Virus record (IMG/VR): IMGVR_UViG_2617271008_000003
Location: 1 to 64,000 of that record
From: a virus
Reading direction: 5' to 3' (one strand)
Length of the DNA stretch: 64,000 nt
The position numbers and the translations under genes are program-made. The notes beneath the pieces were generated by a model. That model did no database searches and was not told the DNA's origin. It saw only the letters and a list, made by a program, of their open reading frames with translations. Below, piece after piece: positions 44,834 through 55,119 of the stretch; position 1 is the stretch's first letter; each line of letters starts with the position of its first letter.

Positions 44834-45721
44834 ATGGCATTGAATACGCCTTTCTACCCGTACGCGACTACGAACGCCGCAGGCTCGTTCTCCGTACAGA
44901 GCGCTGGTTATGTGCAGGGTGTCTACCAAGACGAACCCGCGATCCGATACTCGCTGGCGTCCGGTACGCTGTCGCCCAACGCAACCGGCCCGATCTGGGG
45001 CGGCATGGCGATCTCGGAAAGCATTGCTCCCGCGAGCAATTACGATCGCACGCTGGGCGGAACGATTGTCCCCGCAACGGCAGTCTCGAACATCACCGGT
45101 TTCTCGGTCTTCAACAACGCCTATTCGATGGTGGGCTCGCCCTCCAGCCCGGTTCCCCTCGCCGGCAATGCTGGTGCGTCAGTCGCGTTCTTCCGTCTGG
45201 GCTGCGGCATCCGCATTCCGGTCGCAATGGACCCGTCGCTCGTGTCGCTCGATGGCAGCCTGATCACGACTCAGGTTTCGTGGGACTTCAACAACCAGGT
45301 GCTCCAGCCCTACGATGCTTCGACTCCGACGTATTCGATCACATCGCAAACGGCGACCTTCTCGAATGGCGTGTGGACCGTTGTTGTCGTGATGGCCGCG
45401 GCGTCGCCGGTCGGCGGTGTTGGCGACCTGATCAACATCAGCGGCGCAACGAATAGCGGCACGGGCGGCAATTCGCTCGTCAACGGCAATCAGACCGTTA
45501 CCGCTTTCATCGACAACCAGCATTTCAGCTATCAAGTTGTCGCCCCGGCCGGCGCAATCGGCACGATCGCCGGCACGCAAGTGCTGAACTATGGCACGGG
45601 CGCGCTACCGGTGAAGATCCTCGACATCAATGCCGGCAACAGCATGACCGTCGTCTACAACCCCACTACCGGTGCAGCTACCTGGAATCGCCAGGGTTAC
45701 GCGGCCCTCATCCAGATCTAA
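44834..45721 (+). CDS. Phage head structural protein (capsid or decoration candidate)
   Basis: 295 aa Gly/Ser/Thr-rich beta-type protein between the scaffold and the putative major capsid. Preceded by a hairpin. Confidence 0.4.
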   Translation: MALNTPFYPYATTNAAGSFSVQSAGYVQGVYQDEPAIRYSLASGTLSPNATGPIWGGMAISESIAPASNYDRTLGGTIVPATAVSNITGFSVFNNAYSMVGSPSSPVPLAGNAGASVAFFRLGCGIRIPVAMDPSLVSLDGSLITTQVSWDFNNQVLQPYDASTPTYSITSQTATFSNGVWTVVVVMAAASPVGGVGDLINISGATNSGTGGNSLVNGNQTVTAFIDNQHFSYQVVAPAGAIGTIAGTQVLNYGTGALPVKILDINAGNSMTVVYNPTTGAATWNRQGYAALIQI

Positions 45722-45730
45722 GGACAGAAC

Positions 45731-46750
45731 ATGGCCAATATCGTAGCTGCACAGATCCGGGTCAATCCTCATTATGAGATCCCGGAAATCCTCCTGCCGT
45801 ATCAACAAGCGTCGGGTGCGTTCGACCTGATCGCGACGGGCGATCCGCTCGTTCGTCTTGGCGAAGGCGATCTCGCTGTCTACATGAAGCGGATGGACGT
45901 TCGCACCGAGGTTGCGACCAGCCAATTCGCTCCGAACCAACTGCCGAGCTGCACGGTCGTCTACAGTGAAATCAGCACGCCGACGTATCTGATCCAGTCG
46001 CGCGCCGAGTACGATCACCACGACACCGCCGCTCTTGGTCGCGTCGGTGCATCCACGGTGGAAGCCCATCGCCTCGCAATGCGTCAGGGCACGTTCCAGC
46101 AACAACGGAACCTGCTCCTGTATGGCGCAAATCCGGCGAACGGCGAAGGGCTGCTGAATACGCCGGGAGCAACGGCTCTCAACCTGCCTCCCGATTCGAA
46201 CGGCAATACAACCGTCGTCACATATGACAACGGCCAGTTCGCGCTCTTCCTTTCGCAGACCATCGGCGCGATCAAGTTCCGCACGAATCAAATGGGCATG
46301 GCGGCGAAGTTCTCGATCACCACGACTCAGCGCGTGCTCGAAAACATCAGCTACAACGTCGTTCAGCTCACGCAGTTCCAACGCACCGGCGCCGGTACGG
46401 ATTCGGGCCGCGGTCTGGTGGATGCCGTGCTCGAAAGTAACGAGGACGAAATCACCTGGTCGTGCGACGACACGCTGATCGGCAAGGGTGCGGGTGGTAC
46501 CGATCTGATCATCATCTCCATGCCGGAAGTGAAGAAGCCGAAGGGCGGCAAGATCAATACCAACGCGTTCGCCGAGCTCACTCCGGGCTCGGCCGCGTGT
46601 GCGCTTCAACTGGTCGACCGTGCGGCACCCACCGAGATCATGGCGCCGCTTCCCCGTGGTGCCGTCGATGTGGTGTCCGAACTGCGCAGCACGTCGGGTT
46701 GGTCGGTCCGTCCGGAAGCACTCACGCTTCTGAGCGTTCAGTACCAGTAA
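45731..46750 (+). CDS. Putative major capsid protein
   Basis: 339 aa. Position after the scaffold, followed by a large stem-loop terminator. Abundant-protein codon usage. Family assignment not certain. Confidence 0.45.
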   Translation: MANIVAAQIRVNPHYEIPEILLPYQQASGAFDLIATGDPLVRLGEGDLAVYMKRMDVRTEVATSQFAPNQLPSCTVVYSEISTPTYLIQSRAEYDHHDTAALGRVGASTVEAHRLAMRQGTFQQQRNLLLYGANPANGEGLLNTPGATALNLPPDSNGNTTVVTYDNGQFALFLSQTIGAIKFRTNQMGMAAKFSITTTQRVLENISYNVVQLTQFQRTGAGTDSGRGLVDAVLESNEDEITWSCDDTLIGKGAGGTDLIIISMPEVKKPKGGKINTNAFAELTPGSAACALQLVDRAAPTEIMAPLPRGAVDVVSELRSTSGWSVRPEALTLLSVQYQ

Positions 46751-46847
46751 TGGTTAGCCCCGCAGATAGGTTGCGCAACTGACAAGCACGCCCCCTGTCG
46801 TGTTTCTGCGGGCTTCTTACACAGGGTTAAATCTCACAGGGAAAACC

Positions 46848-47363
46848 ATGTCACTTTTCATCGCAAATTGCAGCAAGCAGAATTTTGAGATTCATTACTG
46901 GGTCGAGGGTTCTCCGAACAAGCCAGTCGTCACCAAGATCAGGCCTGGCGCACAAGAGAACATCTATCCACAAGGCAATCGCGTTGACCATCAGCGCATC
47001 ATTGACCAGCATCGTCCATACGGTTTGATTCCTGTATCCGAGATCGACCGTCACGATGGTTTCGTCGGTCAGTGCTACCAGTTCGACACGCCCATTCCGC
47101 TCGACCGTCTTCAATCGACGATGAAGCGCAACGACGAAGACCTTTACGCTGAAGCGCAAGAACGACGGAAAGAAGCCGCTGCGGCCACCGACGATACCGT
47201 TCGCCGTGCCGCCCAAGAGTCGGAAATGAAGGTCGGCAACTTCGAGGTCGAGATCACGGAAGTGGAGCAGAAGGGCGTCGATCAGACAGTCCACGAAGTC
47301 ATCACCGTGACCGCGGATGCTCCGCAAGAAACCCGTCGTCGCGGCCGTCCTCGTAAGAGCTAA
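46848..47363 (+). CDS. Hypothetical virion protein with C-terminal AT-hook-like RRRGRPRKS
   Basis: Internal ATG start with SD. The basic tail suggests DNA binding. Confidence 0.4.
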   Translation: MSLFIANCSKQNFEIHYWVEGSPNKPVVTKIRPGAQENIYPQGNRVDHQRIIDQHRPYGLIPVSEIDRHDGFVGQCYQFDTPIPLDRLQSTMKRNDEDLYAEAQERRKEAAAATDDTVRRAAQESEMKVGNFEVEITEVEQKGVDQTVHEVITVTADAPQETRRRGRPRKS

Positions 47364-47366
47364 TCC

Positions 47367-47870
47367 ATGTGCACTCCCTGCTTTCCTCCGCTCCCTGGCA
47401 TGGGAGTGCTTGCTCCATGGCAGACGCAAACGGCACCCAATGCGACGGACCTGTACACGTTCCTGACGACGGTTGCTGGCGTCCCCACTGCCGCGTTGCC
47501 CGAGAACAGCCCGTACCTAACATGGGCACTGAGCTACGCAGAAGAAAAAACGCTTCTGGTTCTGTATGCGATCGGCCAGGACTACTACTGTTTCGCCGTC
47601 TACTGCCTTGCTACATCGTTTCTGCTGAATTGGTGTCCCGATCAACAGGGACAGACCTTCTTTACTACCGCGCGATCCGACATGAAGCTCAACAGCTTCG
47701 TGCCGGGCGTGGTCAATTCTGCGGCCGATCAGGGCACGTCCGATTCGTTGCTGTCGCCCGATTTCTTGAAAGGCCTAACCCTCGGGCAGTTGCAGGCGTT
47801 AAAAGACCCGTATGGGCGAGCTTGGCTAGCCGCTCAACAGGACCTCGGCGCCATATGGGGTATTAGTTGA
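47367..47870 (+). CDS. Hypothetical head-tail joining protein
   Basis: 167 aa in the neck-gene position. Confidence 0.35.
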   Translation: MCTPCFPPLPGMGVLAPWQTQTAPNATDLYTFLTTVAGVPTAALPENSPYLTWALSYAEEKTLLVLYAIGQDYYCFAVYCLATSFLLNWCPDQQGQTFFTTARSDMKLNSFVPGVVNSAADQGTSDSLLSPDFLKGLTLGQLQALKDPYGRAWLAAQQDLGAIWGIS

Positions 47871-47878
47871 GGTAAAAA

Positions 47879-48439
47879 ATGGCTGCGAAAGATCTTCCCA
47901 TGCCTATGGCGGAAGGCGGCGGAAGCTATTCTCCCGTCCATGTAGGCACAGCAAGCACTTCCCCCAGTCGCATCACGCTTCACCTAGGCGTGATTGATTT
48001 GCCCTATGTCGAACAGGAAAGTAAGGGCAAAAGCAAAAAGAAGCAGAAGAAAAGCGCAGTCACGAAGACCACTGGCGAAGTCGCCAAAATCCTCGAAGAA
48101 AAATATGGCGTCCTCGATACATTCGCTTTTGCGCGTCTCCCCGACATCGCTAAGGCGCTTGAGGAATCCATCGCCGGACAACTCGAAAACATGTTGATGG
48201 GCGGCCGTCCTTCAGGCAATCCGTTCGCGAGCGCCGAATCGTCGATCACGACGATGATGAAGAACTTCATCTCGTCTCAGCAGATTGAGCACATGGGCAT
48301 TGAAGGCGTCCCGACTCAGGCCGCTTTGAACGGCGTCAACCATCGCCTGAAGCATCCGTATGCGAAGGGCAATCCTCGTCGCCCATCGTTCATTGACACA
48401 TCGCTTTACTGGTCTACGCTAACCGCATGGGTTGATTAA
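47879..48439 (+). CDS. Hypothetical virion protein
   Basis: 186 aa with a KGKSKKKQKK basic patch. Confidence 0.35.
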   Translation: MAAKDLPMPMAEGGGSYSPVHVGTASTSPSRITLHLGVIDLPYVEQESKGKSKKKQKKSAVTKTTGEVAKILEEKYGVLDTFAFARLPDIAKALEESIAGQLENMLMGGRPSGNPFASAESSITTMMKNFISSQQIEHMGIEGVPTQAALNGVNHRLKHPYAKGNPRRPSFIDTSLYWSTLTAWVD

Positions 48440-49389
48440 TGCCATCTATTGCTGAATCGCTAGGCACGCAAAGCCAACTGGCGAGCACACTCGCGGCCGG
48501 CGTTGACCAGATTTCGCAAAGCCAGGAAATCACCTTCACGAGGTATAGCCAGTCGGTCTTAGCTTCTGACGGATATGTGTTCTGGGTGAATACCGGCCAA
48601 ACGCAAACGGTCAAGGGCTCGTTACATCAGGTGACCGATCAACAGCAGAACGAAGACGAAACGATTGATATCAATCGCATCATCTTCACGGCCTTGGACC
48701 CGATTGACGACTTCAACACGGTGGCACCCACCGACTTGTTCATAGGCGAGATCGACGGCATCAAGTTCTCGTTCAATGCGCGGGGCTCGCTGTACAGGCA
48801 GGCCAATTTGTATCACTACGTTGGCAATGCGGTCTATCCGGCGCTTGCATCGCAGTTGATCGATAGCGCTGCCGACTTGCCTGCCGGGCCGATCGTCTCA
48901 AACAGCTTGCCAATCTGGCTGGCACAAAGCACGCCGCAGCTTCCCATCTACCCATCGTATTTGGTCCCGGCCAATGTTGTGCCTCCCTATGTGGTCGCAC
49001 ATATAGAGCCGGATGCGACGGAAGCGCCCTCGTTCCCGGACTACGTTTGGCCTGGAACAGTTGTGCCGAATTCGGGTGGTTCCCCGCTACACAACCTCCC
49101 AAGCTCTCAGCTCGCGAAAGACAGAGTTCGTCTGACGATGTATGGCTTAAACAACCAACAGGCCATCCAGTTCTACGCGTCCCTGATCGATTACTCGCTG
49201 AACACCGACAACTTCGGATTCGGCAATTCGCCAGCAATCAAGGACGCGAAGCGCACGCAATCCGAACTCAACGTGATTGCGATGAAAAAGACGCTCGACA
49301 TTGATGCTTGGTATTTCCAGACCACTTCTGACGCGATCGCGCGCCGGCTGATTCTTGAGGCCGGCTTCAGTTCTATCACCACCAGCTAG
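48439..49389 (+). CDS. Hypothetical virion protein
   Basis: 316 aa, ATGA-coupled, followed by a strong intrinsic terminator. Confidence 0.4.
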   Translation: MPSIAESLGTQSQLASTLAAGVDQISQSQEITFTRYSQSVLASDGYVFWVNTGQTQTVKGSLHQVTDQQQNEDETIDINRIIFTALDPIDDFNTVAPTDLFIGEIDGIKFSFNARGSLYRQANLYHYVGNAVYPALASQLIDSAADLPAGPIVSNSLPIWLAQSTPQLPIYPSYLVPANVVPPYVVAHIEPDATEAPSFPDYVWPGTVVPNSGGSPLHNLPSSQLAKDRVRLTMYGLNNQQAIQFYASLIDYSLNTDNFGFGNSPAIKDAKRTQSELNVIAMKKTLDIDAWYFQTTSDAIARRLILEAGFSSITTS

Positions 49390-49412
49390 ACCGGGGCATC
49401 CCGACTGGCAAA

Positions 49413-49440
49413 CATTGCCCGCCTTGAGCGGGCTTTTTTC
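49413..49440 (+). terminator. Rho-independent terminator GCCCGC-CTTGA-GCGGGC-TTTTTTC
   Basis: Perfect 6-bp GC stem followed by a T6 run. Confidence 0.6.
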
Positions 49441-49454
49441 ATTCTGGAGTAGAA

Positions 49455-49838
49455 ATGCCCCAAGGTCCGCTTCAAGCAAACGTAGCAGTCAATAGCACCG
49501 TAACGCCGAAAACATCGGCTCCCCTTCAACTGGATGCCAGCGGCAATCTGCTCGTCGGCGTGGGGTCAACCAACAAACTCAACGTCTCGACGATCACTGC
49601 GGTTAAGGCTGCGCCCGGACGTGTTTGCAAGGTCACGGTTATTACTGCTGCGACGGCAGGCAATTTCGCGGTCTATGACGTCGCCACGACGGGCGCTGCC
49701 GCAACTGCCAACGCAATCATCAAATACACCGCCTCGTGGCCGGCTGTCGGCACGGTCATTTCTCTGGATTTCCCTTGCCTTGCTGGGATCGTTGTTGATC
49801 CGGGCACGAGTGGCGTCGTCGCTGTCTCGTTCGACTAA
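49455..49838 (+). CDS. Hypothetical tail-associated protein
   Basis: 127 aa Ala/Thr/Val-rich protein. Confidence 0.35.
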   Translation: MPQGPLQANVAVNSTVTPKTSAPLQLDASGNLLVGVGSTNKLNVSTITAVKAAPGRVCKVTVITAATAGNFAVYDVATTGAAATANAIIKYTASWPAVGTVISLDFPCLAGIVVDPGTSGVVAVSFD

Positions 49839-49856
49839 TAACCGGAGCACGCCCAC

Positions 49857-51179
49857 ATGGCGACCACGATCACGCCCACAATCGTAACGGTCAATACGAC
49901 CGTTACGCGCGCGCCGACTGTCTCGCAGCTTCAGCAAAGTGGCGCGATTGTGTCGGCGGGCGGCACCACTCTGACCGCAGGCACATATCAGTATTGCGGC
50001 ACTCTTTCGGCGGTCACGTCGATTCTCGCGACTCCGCTTGCACTGTCCGGCCTCGTATGGTCGAACGGTGTTGTAACTGCCACTACGTCGGCTGCGCTTT
50101 CCCTGTCTACGGGTCAGACATTCACCACGACCATCGCTGGTGCGACGCCGGCAGGTTACAACGGCACGTTCACGGCCACGGTGACTGGTACGAGCACGTT
50201 CACCTATGCGCTCGCCACGAATCCAGGTAGCGAGACCGTACCGGGCACGTATCTGCCGTCCAATGCTGGGTTCGTCAATAACGCAGCCACAACGTTCTTC
50301 GCACAAGGCACATCGGTTGGTGTGTATGTGCTCGAACTTGGATCGGTAACGACTGCGGCGGCCGGCATTACAGCGCTTCAGACGTGGATCACTGCGAACA
50401 GCAATCCGCAAGTGTTCTATGCGTACCTGCTACCCGCTTCATGGGACGCTGCGTCTTCCGTGGCGCTGAACACGATGACGGCGAACTACGAAAGCCCAAG
50501 CGGGCAGACGTATTTCTTCATCACGACGACCGTTTCGAACCTCCCGAATTACGCATCAAACAAGGCTGTCTACGCTCAGGTTCCGAGCCCGACCAAGGCA
50601 TCAACGGAGCATCAGCTCGCGGCTGATTTCTATCAGTGGCTCGTGAACAATCCGGGTTCTGCGAATCCGTTGGCCCCGATGTCGTTTCGCTTTGTCTTCG
50701 GAGTTACGCCGTGGTCTTCGGTGAATAACCAGACCAACATCAACACGACGCTTACTAACTTCGGCAACCTGATTTCCACCGGTGCAGAAGGCGGCATATC
50801 CACTGCGTGCATTTTCAAAGGCACGACGATGGACGGCGAGCAAGCGGCATGGTGGTACGGCGTCGATTGGTTCCGTATCCAGGTCAAGCAAGCGCTGGCC
50901 AATGCCATCATCAACGGCTCGAACAGCAATCCCCCGCTGCTTTATAACCAAGCGGGCATCAACACGCTGCAAGCCATTGCGCAGAACGTCGGTAACTCCG
51001 CCGTTGTGTTCGGCTGCGCATTGAGTGTCGTCGTGAATGCGGTTCCCTTTGCGACCTACACGCAGCAAAACCCGAACGACTACAACAACGGTATCTACAA
51101 CGGTCTTTCGGCAACGCTGGTCGGTCAAAACGCCTTCCTGTCGATCACCTTCAACCTCGACGCTGTTCAGTTTGCTTGA
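49857..51179 (+). CDS. Putative tail sheath protein
   Basis: 440 aa, directly followed by a tube-sized gene, chaperone pair and tape measure (Mu/P2-like order). Confidence 0.5.
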   Translation: MATTITPTIVTVNTTVTRAPTVSQLQQSGAIVSAGGTTLTAGTYQYCGTLSAVTSILATPLALSGLVWSNGVVTATTSAALSLSTGQTFTTTIAGATPAGYNGTFTATVTGTSTFTYALATNPGSETVPGTYLPSNAGFVNNAATTFFAQGTSVGVYVLELGSVTTAAAGITALQTWITANSNPQVFYAYLLPASWDAASSVALNTMTANYESPSGQTYFFITTTVSNLPNYASNKAVYAQVPSPTKASTEHQLAADFYQWLVNNPGSANPLAPMSFRFVFGVTPWSSVNNQTNINTTLTNFGNLISTGAEGGISTACIFKGTTMDGEQAAWWYGVDWFRIQVKQALANAIINGSNSNPPLLYNQAGINTLQAIAQNVGNSAVVFGCALSVVVNAVPFATYTQQNPNDYNNGIYNGLSATLVGQNAFLSITFNLDAVQFA

Positions 51180-51197
51180 TGATAGGAGAAAACGAAA

Positions 51198-51641
51198 ATG
51201 CCTAATCCCTATCTGAACGCAGGACCGCTGAACCGCGTCCGATGCCATGTCGTGGTTGCTTCATATCCGACGTTGAACGTCACGGCTCAGAACATGGGCA
51301 AGTCGTTCGCACGGATCGAATTCGAAGGCGACTTCACGCAACAAATCGAAACCGCAACCGGTGTCGTGAATTCGCCCGAGCCATATGTTATGGCGACGGT
51401 CAATATCGGTTTGCTGCGGCCGCAGCCGCTTTCTGCTGCATGGCTTGCCCAAGCTCAGGATACAAGCGTCCTCGGTGACGTGACGATCTACAGCGACACG
51501 TCATCGTTTCCGGCGATCCAGCTCAACGACACCAGCATTCGAATGCTTGATCCGGGCGCATACGATGGAACCGACCCTGTGACGCGCCTGGTGTTGCGAG
51601 GGACATTCAACATCAACAATTCGCTCTGGTCGTTCACGTAA
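51198..51641 (+). CDS. Putative tail tube protein
   Basis: 147 aa between the sheath and the chaperones. Confidence 0.45.
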   Translation: MPNPYLNAGPLNRVRCHVVVASYPTLNVTAQNMGKSFARIEFEGDFTQQIETATGVVNSPEPYVMATVNIGLLRPQPLSAAWLAQAQDTSVLGDVTIYSDTSSFPAIQLNDTSIRMLDPGAYDGTDPVTRLVLRGTFNINNSLWSFT

Positions 51642-51734
51642 TCCCCCTGCGCTGCGGCTAGGACACGCGATCCGAACGCCAGCACCTTACTGGCTGCCGC
51701 AGCCCTTCCTAAGGGCTGACAAAGGTATCAGCAC

Positions 51735-52373
51735 ATGCGCATTGATGAAAAACGGAATCTCGTGATTCCTATCGTGACAGACACGATCACACAGAATGTT
51801 GACGGCAAAGACGTGGCGGAAAGTGTTGTTCGAGTCTATGGCTACCATTCTCCGATTTCTCGCGAAGTATTTGAAGCGAACTTCCGAGTGTTGGCGGCTA
51901 CGAAAGCGGCGCTTTCGAGTAAGGGCTCGCACTACCTCATAGGAGCTGGCCCGCGCGTTGCCGCACTGACCCTGAAGGATGAGGGACGGAAAGATGCCGC
52001 TGCGCGCGGTTCCTTCGACGGCGATGGCAATGTCGTCGATCACGATACGCAAGCGTTTCTTCAGGAACTGAAGCGCCTGACGACGGTGTTGTGTGCCGGC
52101 CCGAATGGCTGGGATCTGCTTCCGGTCGATGTTGCGATCCAGCAAGAAAAAATCGACGCAGAGGATTGGGAGGAAGCTCTAGCGAGCTTGGTTTTTTTTA
52201 CCTCTCAGTATTCGATGGCAAAAAAGGCGGATCGCCAGAAGGCGCTAGAGGCAATGGCCGGATTTCTTGGCGGATCGACTACATCCTCGACGCCTACGGA
52301 ATTCATCGCCTCTTTGCAGAAATCGACGCCTGTCGCACCTACGAAAAACACACCTTCCTCGATAGCATACTGA
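51735..52373 (+). CDS. Tail assembly chaperone (frame 0 product)
   Basis: Contains the A AAA AAG slippery site at ~52220-52227 in the XXXYYYZ register. Confidence 0.55.
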   Translation: MRIDEKRNLVIPIVTDTITQNVDGKDVAESVVRVYGYHSPISREVFEANFRVLAATKAALSSKGSHYLIGAGPRVAALTLKDEGRKDAAARGSFDGDGNVVDHDTQAFLQELKRLTTVLCAGPNGWDLLPVDVAIQQEKIDAEDWEEALASLVFFTSQYSMAKKADRQKALEAMAGFLGGSTTSSTPTEFIASLQKSTPVAPTKNTPSSIAY

Positions 52374-52489
52374 CCTACATCACTGGAGAAGGATTCTCTG
52401 AGGTGTTTGAGCAGTACGATGCGCCGTTTAAGACCGCACTCGAATATCGCAATCGATATCTGCTGCAAGCACTAAAGAGACCAGCATGA
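52091..52489 (+). CDS. Tail assembly chaperone -1 frame extension (expressed as frameshift fusion)
   Basis: Open in the -1 frame across the slippery site. The fusion would read ...QYSMAKK/GGSPEGARGNG... and ends at an ATGA overlap with the tape measure gene. Confidence 0.5.
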   Translation: MCRPEWLGSASGRCCDPARKNRRRGLGGSSSELGFFYLSVFDGKKGGSPEGARGNGRISWRIDYILDAYGIHRLFAEIDACRTYEKHTFLDSILTYITGEGFSEVFEQYDAPFKTALEYRNRYLLQALKRPA

Positions 52490-54093
52490 CAGCTAAAAGC
52501 ATCATTGATATCGAGATCAACGACTCGAAGTTCAAGGAGTTTCATGCGCTCTTTACGGAGTACCAGAAACGCCTTGCGGAAATGCCGGAGGATTGGAAAA
52601 AGGTCGTTGATGTAATCGACGATGCCGGAAGCGGCATGGATGAGTTCGCAACAGCATCCATGCATTCGAAAGACTTCCTGATGATCTCGGCTATCCAGGC
52701 AGATGCGATTTCGAAGGGAATGCTGCGCGCCACATCGTCTCAGGACAAATTCAACTCCAAGGCCAAAGATGGAGCAATCCAGGTTGGCCGGATGGCTAAG
52801 TTTTCCAAGGAATTCGAAAAATCCATCTTCAACATGAGCAGGGTATTGCTCAAGTTGGGAGCGGTGGGCGTCAGTGGTATTGGAAGCGCCGTGGGTGCAG
52901 TGTATGGGGCGACCAGTATGCTCGCCGGCCAAAACTTGCAAGCACGTGGCCTTGGCCTGAGGATCGGACAAACTCAGGCTTTCAACGCCAACTTTGAGCG
53001 GTTCGGCCTCGGCGCATCGGATCTTGGAAATGTCGCCAACGCTCAAGGTGATGTGTCGAAATGGCGCGCGTTCATTGCGGCCGGCCTCACGCCGGAGCAG
53101 ATCCAAGGCGAGGACGCTGAGCAGTTGACTTACGACTTTGCCCGTGCGGCAAGCGGAAAGTATCGAGAGTGGCAAAAGGCCGGGATGCCTGCGGCTTCCA
53201 TGGCCCAGGCCTATGGCTTCACTGACGTCCTGTCACTTCAGCAATTGCGCACTGGCGCGAGCTACACCGATCAGCAGTTCATCGCGGCGCAAAACAAGAC
53301 GCTTGCCGATGCGAAGGCTAATGAAGTCAATCAAGGTGTTGCTGACCAAGCGTCTGAAGTAAAAGCCGCCCTGCAATCTGACTGGGCAAAGGTGCTCAAC
53401 ACGTTCAATGAGCAGTTGGCAAGCGCATCTCCAGAACTCAAGATACTTGGCGATTCGGCTGCCGCAGCAGCAGTCAATCTATTGAAGGTTGCTGGTCCGG
53501 AAGCAAAAAAAGTATTGGATGCGCTACAAGGGCCGCCAATCTCGAAAGACCAGGCCAAGAAGGAAGGTGGCGTTGTTGGCGGATTGGCAACGATGGGGTA
53601 CTGGCTTCGCAGTCATATCCCAGGCCTTTCGAATGATTCGTCTCAGCTCGAATCAGCGATGACGTTGCCCGCTGGAATTTTGGGGGCGCAGTATCAGATC
53701 GAATCCAGTGGTGGGAAAAATCTGAAATCTCCCAAAGGCGCCCTTGGCCCGATGCAGTTCATGCCGGACACGTGGAAAGAATGGGGTCGTGGAGACATCA
53801 ATAATCTCAACGACTCGATGGATGCGGCAAGTCGGTACGACAGCTATCTGTTGAAAAGATATGGTGGGGATGTTCGCAAGGCTCTTGCTGCTTACAACTG
53901 GGGCATGGGAAATCTCGACAAGGATATTGCGAAAAATGGCGATAACTGGGAATCCCACGCCCCGCGCGAAACACAACAATACATCAGCAAAATCATGTCG
54001 TTGATGGCAAAGCAAGGTCAAAACGTCAACATCAACATTACCAACTCGACGGCAGCGAACGTGGCAACGTCGATGAATGCTGCACCTCATTGA
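52486..54093 (+). CDS. Tape measure protein with C-terminal lytic transglycosylase (SLT) domain
   Basis: SLT motifs QYQIESSGG, GPMQFMPDTW and AYNWGMGN in the last 130 aa. Confidence 0.7.
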   Translation: MTAKSIIDIEINDSKFKEFHALFTEYQKRLAEMPEDWKKVVDVIDDAGSGMDEFATASMHSKDFLMISAIQADAISKGMLRATSSQDKFNSKAKDGAIQVGRMAKFSKEFEKSIFNMSRVLLKLGAVGVSGIGSAVGAVYGATSMLAGQNLQARGLGLRIGQTQAFNANFERFGLGASDLGNVANAQGDVSKWRAFIAAGLTPEQIQGEDAEQLTYDFARAASGKYREWQKAGMPAASMAQAYGFTDVLSLQQLRTGASYTDQQFIAAQNKTLADAKANEVNQGVADQASEVKAALQSDWAKVLNTFNEQLASASPELKILGDSAAAAAVNLLKVAGPEAKKVLDALQGPPISKDQAKKEGGVVGGLATMGYWLRSHIPGLSNDSSQLESAMTLPAGILGAQYQIESSGGKNLKSPKGALGPMQFMPDTWKEWGRGDINNLNDSMDAASRYDSYLLKRYGGDVRKALAAYNWGMGNLDKDIAKNGDNWESHAPRETQQYISKIMSLMAKQGQNVNINITNSTAANVATSMNAAPH

Positions 54094-54841
54094 TATGGCG
54101 ATCGTATCCACTGCATTCCGAAATTCGTATGACCTCGCGTTCCAAGTGTCTCCCATTATCCTGGTCGGCGGGATTGCGGCAAATACGCTCGGCGGCATGC
54201 TTCCGTTGATCGCTCTGACCGGCCAATTGGCGGGATTCGTGCAAGGCACCCTTTCTAGTGGTGGCCTTAATACGGATGATTTTTTTGCCAGTTTTATCAC
54301 CGTGCCTGGGTCGACATTGGTGAGCCAACAGATCGCTACATACCCATTCGCGAACCAATCCGTGGCCGCCAATGCGACGATTCAGCAGCCGCTGAATATC
54401 AGCCTGCGCATGATTGCTCCGGTGAAAGACACGGCTGGATATCTGACAAAAACAGCCATATGGACAGCTCTCAAGACGTCAATCACTGCTCATAATGCAG
54501 CGGGCGGTCTTTATCACGTTGCGACGCCAGCATATATCTACACGAATTGCCTCCTAACCCAAGTCACTGATGCGACAGGCGGCGGCACAAAGCAGCAACA
54601 GGTTGAGGCGCAGTGGGATTTCATTCAGCCTCTCGTGACTCAACAGCAGGCGACTAACGCGCTCAACGGACTTATGTCCAAGCTAAATAGTGGAGCAGCC
54701 ATTTCCGGATCGGCTCCTGCCGCCGGGTCTTCCTTCTGGTCGAGTGTTGCAACTGCGGTTGGTTCTGCCGCGCAGAGTGCCGTTCAGAACGTCAACCAAG
54801 TGGCAGGCGTGGTTAATCAATATCTTAGTTCTCCGCTCTGA
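54077..54841 (+). CDS. Hypothetical tail protein
   Basis: 254 aa after the tape measure gene. Confidence 0.4.
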   Translation: MLHLIDMAIVSTAFRNSYDLAFQVSPIILVGGIAANTLGGMLPLIALTGQLAGFVQGTLSSGGLNTDDFFASFITVPGSTLVSQQIATYPFANQSVAANATIQQPLNISLRMIAPVKDTAGYLTKTAIWTALKTSITAHNAAGGLYHVATPAYIYTNCLLTQVTDATGGGTKQQQVEAQWDFIQPLVTQQQATNALNGLMSKLNSGAAISGSAPAAGSSFWSSVATAVGSAAQSAVQNVNQVAGVVNQYLSSPL

Positions 54842-55119
54842 TGACCACGCTAATCCCCTTTTCTCCATCGAACGCGTCGAATCCGCCATTTTCGACACCG
54901 GTTACCCTGGATGGCGCAAGCTACGTCTTGAATGTCGGGTGGAATTTTTACGGACAGCGCTACTATATGACGATTTCAGATACGTCCGGGAATGTCATAT
55001 GGAATGGCGCCATGGTCGGCTCTCCACTGTCATATGACATATTCCTTGCGCCCGGTGTTTTTAGCCAATCAACAATCTTGTTCCGAGAAGATTCGGGGAA
55101 CATCGAGGTGACGCCGTGA
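54841..55119 (+). CDS. Hypothetical small tail protein
   Basis: 92 aa, ATGA-coupled. Confidence 0.35.
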   Translation: MTTLIPFSPSNASNPPFSTPVTLDGASYVLNVGWNFYGQRYYMTISDTSGNVIWNGAMVGSPLSYDIFLAPGVFSQSTILFREDSGNIEVTP

